Made by a program: the position numbers and the translations under genes | Notes under the pieces: generated by a model | What the model was told of the DNA's origin: nothing | The model's database searches: none | Seen by the model: the letters and a program-made list of their open reading frames with translations, nothing else | Shown here: positions 9,222-18,845 of the stretch, piece after piece | How the letters are laid out: every line of letters begins with the position of its first letter | Numbering within the stretch: position 1 is the first letter of the stretch | Assembly (NCBI GenBank): GCA_009859145.1 | Contig: VRVR01000001.1 | Coordinates: 16,463 to 80,462, forward strand | Origin: Andalucia godoyi And28 | Lineage: Eukaryota; Protista; Jakobida | DNA: 64,000 nt | Direction of reading: 5' to 3'

Positions 9222-12200
9222 TCACGAAGCACTGTCCTGCATGGTTCTTGGATTCTGCTTGCAAGGACGTGTCTTGCTCAAAAAGTGCCGCTGCCACGGC
9301 CACTCGCCGTTTGGAAGCGGCTCCCGACAGAGCGGACAAGCAGCAGCAGCATTTGGGAAAGAACACGACTTTTGGTGCTTCGCGAGCTGATCCACTTGAA
9401 TGGCAAATTCACACTTGCGGCACTGGGCAAAATCATCCTTCAGTTCGCACTCGTGCAGCAAATGCTCGTTCAGCGACGCCAGCTCGACAACCTGTCCGCA
9501 CGACTGGCAAACCGTTAGCATGGGGCAATCCTGCCAATAGTGCAAATCGATCGTTTCATCTGTGAAGTCGGGACTGTGTTGTCCGCAAAACTGACAAGTC
9601 TGGGGATCGTCTTCGGGAACTTTCCACTCCTCGGAATCACGAATTGACGCATCACCCCCAGAATGAACAGCGAAATCTCCATCGGACTGACGGACGTCTG
9701 GTGACAACGCAGGATTGTGCACTTCGTCATCGTCCTGTACATCAACCGGGGGAGGAGCAACCTTCTTCGAAACGGGCTTTCGACGAGGAGAATCGGCAGC
9801 AGCAACAGCCCCATCCGACGACTTTCCGCCACTCTTTCGTGCAGGCGATTGGCCAGCGGGTTTCGCTGCGGCAGCCGTATTTCCAGATGACTTTGAAGAA
9901 TCCTTTTTCAATGGAGGTTTCGGATGCTTGTCGTTGGAAGGTTCCTCTGGCTTGCGCGACTTCCCGGGAGACGGTTGCTTCTTTGCAGGGCCTTTCCCGG
10001 ACCCCGACCATGCCACAGGCGCATTCTTGTCATGTGCAGCATGATGCTGCTCGGCAGGAAACTCGGGAAAATCTCGATCGGCACCATCCACAGAATCAAT
10101 TTCCGCAAACGCCCTTCTGATTTCGTCAACTTGCACCGGCCGAAGGGCTTCAAGGTGTGATTCGATCAAATGCGGCCCGAAAATGCGATAGACCTCGGCC
10201 AGAGTCTGGATGGAAGACTGGCGAACCTGCCCGTTTGCATGATTCAATCCATCCTTCACAATCAGCTGGACCAAATCTTTCCCAAGAGCACCTTCCTTCC
10301 GCACAAGATGGCCAAAATTCTGAAAAACAGAAACCAGCGTCGTCAGCCGCGTTCCAAGAAATCTCCAGTTTGCCTGCAGTGCTTTTGCCTGTTTTGCATT
10401 CGTTGGCAATGTTGGGTGGATCAACGCAGAGAGCACAGGCTTCGCACCAATGTACGGCAAATCGACAAGGTCCACGAGTGCAGTGGAACACGCGTCTCTC
10501 AAGCGTGCGTTAGAATCGCCCAACCGTTCCACACATTGATGCAGAAAGCTGCTCACAAAGATATCCAGGTCCACCTTGTCGCAATCCTTTCCCAGAGTGG
10601 CCAGTCCGATGCTCGTCGCGTGCACAGCGGACAATGTCACTTGCGCCATTTTGTCCGACATGGCCTTTGTACAAACCTTGTCAAGAGCCTTCAGCCTGGA
10701 TGAAGCAGCCCCAGGGATGCCGCCAAGGCAAGCCTCTACGGCACGCAACGCGCACTCTCGAAGCTGCCAAGATCCCGGGGACACAAGACATCTTGAGACG
10801 TAAGAACCGAGCACGTTCTTAATTCCATTGTAAAGTACATCGTTGGCAGCTGCCTCCTCTGCAACGGGCAGATCCGCTTGAAATCCTTTCATCTTTTTGA
10901 CAACGTCTTGTTCCCAATCTGGCAACTCGGCAAGGATCTGACTAAACGGCACCGAAGCTGTCGAGCTGGACAGCTCGTTCTTGTTTGACTTGGATTTCCT
11001 CTCAAAAGGAACACCATTGCTGGACACAACCGGGGTATCATCAATGTTTCCCGCATCGGAAAACGATGGACCCGCAAGAGCTCGAACGGGCTTCTCGTCG
11101 TGCATGTTCAAATAGCCTCCGTTGTTCGCCATGACCTTGTCTGGCGATTCTCCCCGAGCAGACATGACTGTGGACGACCGGAGCTCGTCCTCCTTATCAG
11201 AAGCTCCAAGCGGGGGTTTCGATCTTGTGGACTGCGGTGCGCCGCCAAACAATGAGCTTCGTTCATCCTCGACTTCCTGGTGCGACTTCTGCGTCGAAGT
11301 CATCGCCGTTTCTGGCACTGACGCTGGTGGTGCGGCAGACGAAGAAGATAAAGAACCATTTCGGGTTCGATCCCTACCTTGCTCATTCGCGCCCTGATGA
11401 TGAGTCTGCATAGGCTCTGTGGACTGCTGGTGTTCTCCGTGCATCCGTCCCCCGTCCTCTGGAAATGGATTCTGTCGCTTCAGTCTTCTCCGAACAGGCT
11501 TCGATGTCGGTTCTTCCGCAGTCCTTCGAATATCCTCAATCTCCTCCTTGATTCTCTTTGCGAGCTCGTAGTCCTCGCTCGCCACAGCCCGGAGTTTCCT
11601 CGTCTCCAAATCGGCAATCTTGGATCCGACGACTCGTAGACGGTCAATTGCACTTTTCAACCGGGAGGCCGTGTCATAGTCTTCTTCGGAAACGGCTTTT
11701 TCCTTCAAGTACGTGTATTCCCGAATTCGCTCGAGAGTCTTTGCGTCAAACTGGTCATTTGCAGTGTCGCCCTGTGTCATTCCGACTTTCCGCATCGGCC
11801 GCATCTGGCTGAGATCCAGCGATTCGTTGAGAGTGGATGTGTACGACCTCGTCTTCACTGGAAACGGGGTAACAACCGTCCCAAACACGGATATACCCAT
11901 CAGCGCCACTTGATTGTAAAGATTTAGCGGATTGATATGACAGCGCTGGAGCACGAGCTTCAGAGCGACGGCCCGCTCAGACGACAGCTGCACCGTCTTG
12001 AGTTCTCTGGCTTTATGTCCAGACTGGTCGTTCTTGTCCATGGAAATATACCCGAGCTTATGAACCTCCGGCTTCACAATCGCATCCACGTCGATCAAAT
12101 CGCGACTCTTCTCGTCGAATTGTGGCCGATACAAGTAGATTTCGATCCGTGTCGGGATCTTGAATTCATGTCCAAGAATCTGAATTGCATCCACCGCAAC

Positions 12201-12386
12201 TTCTCCTTCAAACGAAATGACTACTTCTTGTGGGAAATCACAAAACTTGTCGGAATGCCATCCACGAGAATCCACCGTCCGACGATGAAGCTCCGTTGCA
12301 GGACCGTCCTTGTCCTCCGAAGTCACAAAATGGATCGCATAGCTCAGCTTCGGCTTCGCTGCAGATCCTCCGCCGCTGTCAACCAT
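9222..12386 (-). CDS. CEP104: Centrosomal/ciliary-tip protein CEP104 (FAP256)
   Basis: ATG at 12386 (MVDSGG). N-terminal jelly-roll (GWHSDKFCDFPQE..GHEFKIPTRIE..LGYI..ARELK..NLYNQVAL), KEKAVSEEDYD coiled coils, TOG-like repeats, and C-terminal Zn fingers CQFCG..LDxHYWxxCPML..C..C. Confidence 0.93.
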   Translation of the reverse strand: MVDSGGGSAAKPKLSYAIHFVTSEDKDGPATELHRRTVDSRGWHSDKFCDFPQEVVISFEGEVAVDAIQILGHEFKIPTRIEIYLYRPQFDEKSRDLIDVDAIVKPEVHKLGYISMDKNDQSGHKARELKTVQLSSERAVALKLVLQRCHINPLNLYNQVALMGISVFGTVVTPFPVKTRSYTSTLNESLDLSQMRPMRKVGMTQGDTANDQFDAKTLERIREYTYLKEKAVSEEDYDTASRLKSAIDRLRVVGSKIADLETRKLRAVASEDYELAKRIKEEIEDIRRTAEEPTSKPVRRRLKRQNPFPEDGGRMHGEHQQSTEPMQTHHQGANEQGRDRTRNGSLSSSSAAPPASVPETAMTSTQKSHQEVEDERSSLFGGAPQSTRSKPPLGASDKEDELRSSTVMSARGESPDKVMANNGGYLNMHDEKPVRALAGPSFSDAGNIDDTPVVSSNGVPFERKSKSNKNELSSSTASVPFSQILAELPDWEQDVVKKMKGFQADLPVAEEAAANDVLYNGIKNVLGSYVSRCLVSPGSWQLRECALRAVEACLGGIPGAASSRLKALDKVCTKAMSDKMAQVTLSAVHATSIGLATLGKDCDKVDLDIFVSSFLHQCVERLGDSNARLRDACSTALVDLVDLPYIGAKPVLSALIHPTLPTNAKQAKALQANWRFLGTRLTTLVSVFQNFGHLVRKEGALGKDLVQLIVKDGLNHANGQVRQSSIQTLAEVYRIFGPHLIESHLEALRPVQVDEIRRAFAEIDSVDGADRDFPEFPAEQHHAAHDKNAPVAWSGSGKGPAKKQPSPGKSRKPEEPSNDKHPKPPLKKDSSKSSGNTAAAAKPAGQSPARKSGGKSSDGAVAAADSPRRKPVSKKVAPPPVDVQDDDEVHNPALSPDVRQSDGDFAVHSGGDASIRDSEEWKVPEDDPQTCQFCGQHSPDFTDETIDLHYWQDCPMLTVCQSCGQVVELASLNEHLLHECELKDDFAQCRKCEFAIQVDQLAKHQKSCSFPNAAAACPLCREPLPNGEWPWQRHFLSKTRPCKQNPRTMQDSAS

Positions 12387-12898
12387 GATCTCTCTCGCTG
12401 CTTGTATGCTATGCAATGCTATTCGGACACACACACACACAAACACAAACACAAACACGCACAAAGCAAATGAGCATAGAACTGATGATTCTGCCCTTGG
12501 TGTCCTTTAACGATTTGTGCGATACAGTGCAAGTCCAAACCTGCAATCCAACTTGATGCCTCGTCTGAAAAACTTTTGGCGCTGAATTCTTACGCGCAAA
12601 AATATAAGAAGAAAGATTTACAAATTAATACATCGATCTGAATTCGCATCAAAAGAACTAATCGATTTGCATTCTATTCGTTTGTGTTTTTATATTCTTT
12701 TGCTTCCTATTTCTCTTTTTATCTTGGTTTTCTTTTATCATCTTTCCTCCTTCTCTTTTCTTTCCTGCATAACTTGGCTCATTTCCCGCCCAAAGTCCCC
12801 AACCTCTCTCGTTCATACTTTCTTCATTTTTTTTCAAAGTGAATTTCTTTTTTTCTCCTTCCTTCCCTTTCTGATTTCCCCGCCCTTCCGTGTCTGCT

Positions 12899-13558
12899 AT
12901 GAGCATGTATAGCATATCTGGCTCTCCTAGGTGCGATGTTGCAGCGGCATCTCGCAAGCGCACGAGTGACCATTTTGACTGCGACTCGGATGCAAGCTCG
13001 CGGTCCACGTCGGCTTCTCCCGACTGCGCATTCGCGGACGAGGACTTTCCTTGTGCAGATGTCAAGTACAGCGAGTGTTACGGCGGGAAATTGACTAAAC
13101 CGCGACGAGTGTTTCAACTGGACGAGACACTATCGGGATGCTGTGTGACGGATGAGGCGTGGGTACTGGCCCGCATCCAGTGCTCCACGGAAATATTGTG
13201 TCAGCTGGACTTTTCAACAATGTCGTCTCGGCGTCTGCAACATGAAACGCAAGCGTGTGCCGAGCTGGTTTGTGCATTTTGCACGAGATATGGAGCGATG
13301 CAGCTGATGGGCATCTGCAACCGCGTTGTCGAGCTCTGTGTGCAGTATGCTGCGTCGCTTGAACCTCGATGGGATGTGACTGACCGGTCGGCGCGAGTCG
13401 TCCGCATGATCAGATTCATGCAGGCGGTCCTCATGTGTGTTTCGGCAAGCGTGGACATTCGAACTGCATTTTGCAGTCGATATGCTCAGTACGCTCAGCA
13501 CTCTTATCTTCGAGAAACGCTCTTTAAGAACACCCAATGTGTCAACAGCACCTTTTGA
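12899..13558 (+). CDS. Hypothetical protein (Cys-rich, helical)
   Basis: 219 aa ORF from the first ATG at 12899. GC-balanced like the other genes and bounded by AT/pyrimidine-rich spacers. No family recognised. Confidence 0.55.
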   Translation: MSMYSISGSPRCDVAAASRKRTSDHFDCDSDASSRSTSASPDCAFADEDFPCADVKYSECYGGKLTKPRRVFQLDETLSGCCVTDEAWVLARIQCSTEILCQLDFSTMSSRRLQHETQACAELVCAFCTRYGAMQLMGICNRVVELCVQYAASLEPRWDVTDRSARVVRMIRFMQAVLMCVSASVDIRTAFCSRYAQYAQHSYLRETLFKNTQCVNSTF

Positions 13559-13861
13559 TTTCCACCTCGCGTCGCTGCCGAGCATTATTATTATCTTTTA
13601 ATTCTTGTGTATACATTCTCTCGCTGCTGTATCTTCTTCATGTATCGTACCCTCTAGCTCTGATTTGCGTTCTGCCAATCAATCACCAATCTCTTGTACC
13701 TGTACTTCGGCAAGTCTGTGATTGTATACCCTGCGCTTCTCATGCCACATTTCGTCTTGTATTTATAATAATCATCATATTATTGTTAATCTCTTTTTTC
13801 TTCCTTCATTCATTTTATTGCTGACGTTTCGGATCCGGTGAGTGCGCGCGGAGGACTGGGA

Positions 13862-14644
13862 CTAAAGAGAAAACCTGCGCCTCCAAAATGAGTGATTGTC
13901 TTCGATGATCTTCTTTGCAAATGCCGCGCTCTGGATCTTAGCATCGAGGCCAAACACATTCTCCGGCTTGCCATCAGCAGTCTTGTACATTTTGAACCAA
14001 TCGACAACAGTGTCCGCCAAACCAGGAAAAGCCGATTCAAGGTCTTTGGCATCCCGAATGGACTTTGCGAGGGGATGCTCCTTGCGAAGCGAAATGACTT
14101 TCCAGTCTGTCTCGCCTTCGTCAATCAACGCAAGAATGCCAACAGGTCTAACGTCGATGACGGCCCCGCGCGCCAACGGTTGATCTGCGATCTCGAGGCA
14201 GTCCAGCGGATCTGAGTCACCTTTGAACCCGGTATGGGGATCCACGTTGTTTGGATCTTCCCATGTCTGCGGGAGCGCCCCATAGTTGAAGGGCATGCGT
14301 CCGTCCTTGTACTTGAATACTCGTAACTTCCCATTCTTCACATCTTGCTTGATTGGATTATAATCTTCTGCCGTCGAGATTTCCATCTTCTCCGTGGTCC
14401 CACGCGGTATTTCGCACACAAATCGGACTACATCGGACACATGTGCAGGAGAATGTCCCTTTAAGCTTGCCTCGGGTTTCGGAAAGAGTGGAATGTCGTG
14501 CCACGGCGAAACCGTCAGGTTGTTGTGCTCGAAATACATTCGGTATTCCTTCGTGCCAATCGTCCCCACAGTCGATACGTGGAGCAATGGCAGCGATAGA
14601 CTCGACGAAAACCGTCGAATCGCCACAACCAGCCCTCTACACAT
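13862..14644 (-). CDS. PPA: Soluble inorganic pyrophosphatase (family I), probably mitochondrial
   Basis: SPWHDIPL, EIPRGTTEKMEIS, NPIKQDVKNGKLR, NYGALPQTWEDP, GDSDPLD and LIDEGETDWK. First ATG at 14644 gives an Arg/Ser-rich, acid-free presequence (MCRGLVVAIRRFSS). Confidence 0.95.
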   Translation of the reverse strand: MCRGLVVAIRRFSSSLSLPLLHVSTVGTIGTKEYRMYFEHNNLTVSPWHDIPLFPKPEASLKGHSPAHVSDVVRFVCEIPRGTTEKMEISTAEDYNPIKQDVKNGKLRVFKYKDGRMPFNYGALPQTWEDPNNVDPHTGFKGDSDPLDCLEIADQPLARGAVIDVRPVGILALIDEGETDWKVISLRKEHPLAKSIRDAKDLESAFPGLADTVVDWFKMYKTADGKPENVFGLDAKIQSAAFAKKIIEDNHSFWRRRFSL

Positions 14645-14704
14645 TCCCAAGCTCCAGCGCTCCTACTGTTTGTGATTGCGCTCAGTTTTTTTCTTCTTTT
14701 TCTT

Positions 14705-14708
<4 letters not shown>

Positions 14709-14766
<58 letters not shown>

Positions 14767-14768
14767 TG
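14709..14768. repeat. Compound (CT)n(GT)n microsatellite
   Basis: Directly visible upstream of the PPase gene. Confidence 0.95.
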
Positions 14769-15225
14769 ATATCTCCTGCTTCCTTCTTCTTGCATTCGAC
14801 TCGGTCGAAGACTGGTTTTTTTTTTTTTTTTTTCGGCCAGTTGCTTGCATAATTGTCATTTTTTACGGCTGCTGTGCAAAAATTGTGCGAAATCGCGGGG
14901 GCGGCAGGTGTCGATTGTGACTTGTGCCGGAGGAGTGCACGTCCAAAACCTGCGGGCGCTGCGGTGAGATCCATGCACGTCTAGGCGGAAGCAGCAAAGT
15001 GTTTGCATGTTGTTGGGTTGCAACATTGATTCTGGGTGATCAGCGATGATTATCCGTGGCTAGTGTACAATGTAGGCGGTGTTTCATGGTAACATTGTGT
15101 TTTTGTTGTTTCTATTTTTAATTATTAGTATTTTTATTTAAGAAACTGGCATCTAGATTGTTCATCACCAACTCGAATGGGATGGAGCCTCCGCTCTCCC
15201 GGAGTCCGTGCAACCATCTCCATCC

Positions 15226-16089
15226 TTACGAGCTCTTCTTTGTGTTGGTAGCAAGATCGTAGACGTCCTGTTCTTGGATGGGCATTTGCTTTCTCTTGAT
15301 CATGGCCGCGTGTCCGCCGTCCGCGCAGAAGCGTCTGTACTTTGTACTCGTTCCAAACATCCAGTCCCAAATCACAAACGTCGATGCATAGTTTCCATCG
15401 TAGGAGAAATGGTGATAGTCATGGTGCGCAGGTCCGCAGTACAACGGACAGATCTTTGAAAAGTTGAGCGGGAAATCGTATCCGCAGTGCACCTCGATCG
15501 CTTCCCACTGCCGGAAGAACGCCCAGACCCAAACGGACAGAATATGTCCGCCTCCAATAATGACAGGCCCAAGGAACGTTCCGACACCCAGGAAGAGAAA
15601 CTCAACGGGATGTGCATAAGAAGACGCCATTCCAATTGGAGTGTTGAATTGATGGTGCATGGAGTGGATGTGCTTGTATGCCCATGGGAGATGCAGCGCA
15701 CGATGGCCGCAGTAAAACCAGAAATCCTCCAGCAAAAAGTAAATAACCACGCGGATCGCAATGTCGAATAGATCAGGCAAAGGCAAGTCGAAGGATACTC
15801 CGCGCCAGACAAGGATCGGATAAGACAGATAAATAAGCGGAAGCGCAAGAACAATGTGATTGAATGCAAGAACCTTCAAGCATTTCTTCACGTCTGCAGC
15901 ATTGTACGACTTGAGTTGCTGGATCTTATATCGCTTGAATAGTCCAAAAAAGTCAAACAGCCACCACGGAACAGACGCAATGACATACACTCCCAGAATG
16001 TACACAAACGTCAGAGTCGTCGAGATATGAAAATCAGACACATGCTCTTGCAGTTTGAGCCACAGCGATTCTGCTACACTTGTCGACAT
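15226..16089 (-). CDS. ERG25: Sterol C-4 methyl oxidase (fatty acid hydroxylase superfamily)
   Basis: 287 aa. Three His boxes HRALH, HSMHH and HHDYHH, plus YAHPVEF and YASTFVIWDWMFGT. RYKIQ motif near the N-terminus. Confidence 0.88.
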   Translation of the reverse strand: MSTSVAESLWLKLQEHVSDFHISTTLTFVYILGVYVIASVPWWLFDFFGLFKRYKIQQLKSYNAADVKKCLKVLAFNHIVLALPLIYLSYPILVWRGVSFDLPLPDLFDIAIRVVIYFLLEDFWFYCGHRALHLPWAYKHIHSMHHQFNTPIGMASSYAHPVEFLFLGVGTFLGPVIIGGGHILSVWVWAFFRQWEAIEVHCGYDFPLNFSKICPLYCGPAHHDYHHFSYDGNYASTFVIWDWMFGTSTKYRRFCADGGHAAMIKRKQMPIQEQDVYDLATNTKKSS

Positions 16090-16475
16090 TTTCCCCAGGA
16101 CTGCTAAAGAAGACGAAGAAGAAGAAGAAGAAGCCCTCTACCACAAAAGCAATGCAACGCTCAGAAAGAGAAAAAGAGACAAGAAAGGAAGAGAGAAGAA
16201 AGAGAGAAAGGACCGGAAAACAGGGAAAAGAAACGGGAAAAAAGGAAACCAAACGGATTACGCAACTTGAGCGATATTTCCGGCGGGCCGAATTCCGAAT
16301 TCCGAGCCAAGCTCGACATACACACACACACACAGAACATCGACACTTGGCGACCACCGGATTTCCTTCATAGTTGAGCGATGGTGGAAAAAAGGTGCAA
16401 TTTGCAAAGACGGTTTTCGTGGGGTTTGGGAAGAGGTCCATGAGTGTTTTGGAAGAAGCCGAGGGAAGAACGTAG

Positions 16476-18845
16476 ATGATCCGGAGGTGGTTTTCGCAGC
16501 AAGCGTGCCAACTGGAGCATTCTCTGAGCCCAGATTGGTACAAATGGAACTCATACTATGTGCGTCGATTGGAATCCTTTTTGGAATTTCAAAAGGAGCA
16601 TGCGGAACGGACCGCCGAGGTGAAATCCGCGGCGGTCGGTGCAACGGTCCCGATCCGTATCTCGTATGAGGGTTGCAAAGACTCTGTTGTTGTGGACGCT
16701 CCATTGTTCGAGTCTTCGCCTATGACGCTGTTCAAACAGGTGCAAAGTCAGCTGTTCCCGGATACGAAGCCCGCCGAAGAGCATTGTTTGCTGGCGCAGA
16801 TCAATCGGTCATCCTGGATCGACGCTTATCGTCCATTGGAGCCAAAGCTTATGGAATCTGCAAGGGGAGGAGCAGGAAATGCAAATGGCATCACAAGCAT
16901 TACAATGTATCCGCTGTCGGCGTCGAACCCAATGACACGGGATCATTTCTGGCACTCAGCAGCGCATTTGCTTGGGCAGACCATAGAGCGGTTCTATGCG
17001 TCTCCTTCGAGTAAACTGACCGTCTACCTGGACGATGGACCACCAGTCGAACATGGATTCTTCTATGACTATTCGCTGGTGGATGCACGCGGATCGGTCG
17101 TTGCCGAGGCTCTTTCCCCCAAGGACGACCTGCCGCAGATGCAAAAAATCCTCGGCCATTTGTGCACTCCGCCGAAAGGATCTGCTGGTGACCGGTTTGA
17201 GAGAATCGAAGTGACGAAGCGCCAAGCCGAAGTCTGCTTCCGCGGAAATCCGCACAAGGAAAGGATTTTGCAGCGACTCGGCGACGATGCCTCCATCACG
17301 CTGTACCGCTGCGGTGCTTTCGTGGACTTGTGCAGAGGACCACATGTCCCCATGACATCTCAGATCAAGATTGGGAAGGTTGTCAGTGCATCGGCAGTAA
17401 TGAATGCATCGCAGCGCGTGTATGGAATTGCCTTTCGAAGCAAGACAGAATCAGATGTGTACGAAGCTGTTCGACAAGAAGCGGAAAAGCGAGATCATCG
17501 CATTATCGGGAAGCAGCAAAGGTTGTTCATGTTTCATCCCACAAGCCCGGGATCGGCGTTCTTCCTGCCACATGGGATGCGGATATTCATTGCGTTGCAG
17601 GAGATGTTGCGCGCGGAATACAGACGGAGAGGCTATTCAGAGGTGCTCACTCCAATTCTGTTTTCCTCGGCGCTGTGGAAGCAGTCTGGCCATTGGGATT
17701 TCTACAAGGAAGACATGTTCTTTTTGAAGGGCGGTGACGCGGAAGAGCATGATGCGACCCCGACATCGCTGGATCATGCGCGCAAGTCGCAGCACAAACA
17801 CCCGCCTCCTCCGCAGTTGCCAGAGGGCCGCGACGCTTGCTGCGCAGATGTTTCCAACGGAACCGTTGCAGATGCCGAGGTGACAGGTCTCAAGCCAATG
17901 AACTGTCCGTCACATTGCTTGATCTTTGCCTCGCACAGCCGCTCTTACCGCGATTTGCCGATGCGATTGGCGGACTTTTCTCCTCTTCACAGAAACGAAC
18001 CTTCTGGCTCGCTTTCCGGCCTGACGCGTGTTCGGAGATTCCACCAGGACGACGCCCACATCTTTTGCAGACCCGATCAGATCTCATCGGAAATTCAGTC
18101 TTGTCTGGAATTTGTCCTCTCGGTTTATTTGCGACTGGGTTTCAATGTTGATCGAGACATTACGTTTCGGTTGTCTACACGGCCGGAGAAGTTTGTAGGA
18201 GACTCGGCACTATGGGACACTGCGGAATCGACGCTACAAGGCGTGCTTGAAGGCCTTGGCAAGCACTGGGTTGTTGCGGAAAAGGATGGTGCATTCTACG
18301 GTCCAAAGATTGATATCTTGCTTCGAGATGCTCTAGGAAGGATGCATCAGTGTGGAACAGTGCAGCTTGATTTCCAACTCCCTCGTCGCTTCAATCTGTC
18401 CTACACTGATGAGCATGACCAACCCGTGATTCCCGTGATGGTCCACCGGGCGATTCTAGGATCGTTCGAGCGTCTTCTCGGGGTTCTTACAGAGCATCTG
18501 GGTGGGAAATGGCCGTTGTGGATGTCCCCTCGCCAAGTCGTTGTGCTTCCCATCAGCCAACAGTACGAAAGTTATGCTCGCGACGTAGCAAAGACGTTGA
18601 TGAACGATTCTGGAGACAAAATTCGATGGGTCGAAGTCGATGCGAGAGACGAGACTCTGAATAAGCGCGTTCGAGATGCTCAGACAAGCCAGACAAATTA
18701 TATCCTCGTTGTGGGGGCTCAGGAGCTTGAGCATAAATCTGTGCATGTGCGACACCGCGCCCGCGGAGTTTTGGGGTCTCTCCCCCTGCCTACTGCACTC
18801 AGCGTCATTACTTCGGAAATTGACTCGTTCGATACCAATGTTTAG
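16476..18845 (+). CDS. TARS: Threonyl-tRNA synthetase, likely organelle-targeted
   Basis: 789 aa. Editing domain HSAAHLLG and DLCRGPHV, RDHRIIG, LKPMNCP, RNEPSGSLSGLTRVRRFHQDDAH, GAFYGPKID, QLDFQLP and HRAILGSFER, plus the anticodon domain. MIRRWFSQ presequence-like start. Confidence 0.96.
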   Translation: MIRRWFSQQACQLEHSLSPDWYKWNSYYVRRLESFLEFQKEHAERTAEVKSAAVGATVPIRISYEGCKDSVVVDAPLFESSPMTLFKQVQSQLFPDTKPAEEHCLLAQINRSSWIDAYRPLEPKLMESARGGAGNANGITSITMYPLSASNPMTRDHFWHSAAHLLGQTIERFYASPSSKLTVYLDDGPPVEHGFFYDYSLVDARGSVVAEALSPKDDLPQMQKILGHLCTPPKGSAGDRFERIEVTKRQAEVCFRGNPHKERILQRLGDDASITLYRCGAFVDLCRGPHVPMTSQIKIGKVVSASAVMNASQRVYGIAFRSKTESDVYEAVRQEAEKRDHRIIGKQQRLFMFHPTSPGSAFFLPHGMRIFIALQEMLRAEYRRRGYSEVLTPILFSSALWKQSGHWDFYKEDMFFLKGGDAEEHDATPTSLDHARKSQHKHPPPPQLPEGRDACCADVSNGTVADAEVTGLKPMNCPSHCLIFASHSRSYRDLPMRLADFSPLHRNEPSGSLSGLTRVRRFHQDDAHIFCRPDQISSEIQSCLEFVLSVYLRLGFNVDRDITFRLSTRPEKFVGDSALWDTAESTLQGVLEGLGKHWVVAEKDGAFYGPKIDILLRDALGRMHQCGTVQLDFQLPRRFNLSYTDEHDQPVIPVMVHRAILGSFERLLGVLTEHLGGKWPLWMSPRQVVVLPISQQYESYARDVAKTLMNDSGDKIRWVEVDARDETLNKRVRDAQTSQTNYILVVGAQELEHKSVHVRHRARGVLGSLPLPTALSVITSEIDSFDTNV

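Noticed and set aside
11358-11378. GGGTTCGATCCC tRNA T-arm-like sequence
   Set aside because: Inside the CEP104 CDS, with no acceptor, D or anticodon arms.
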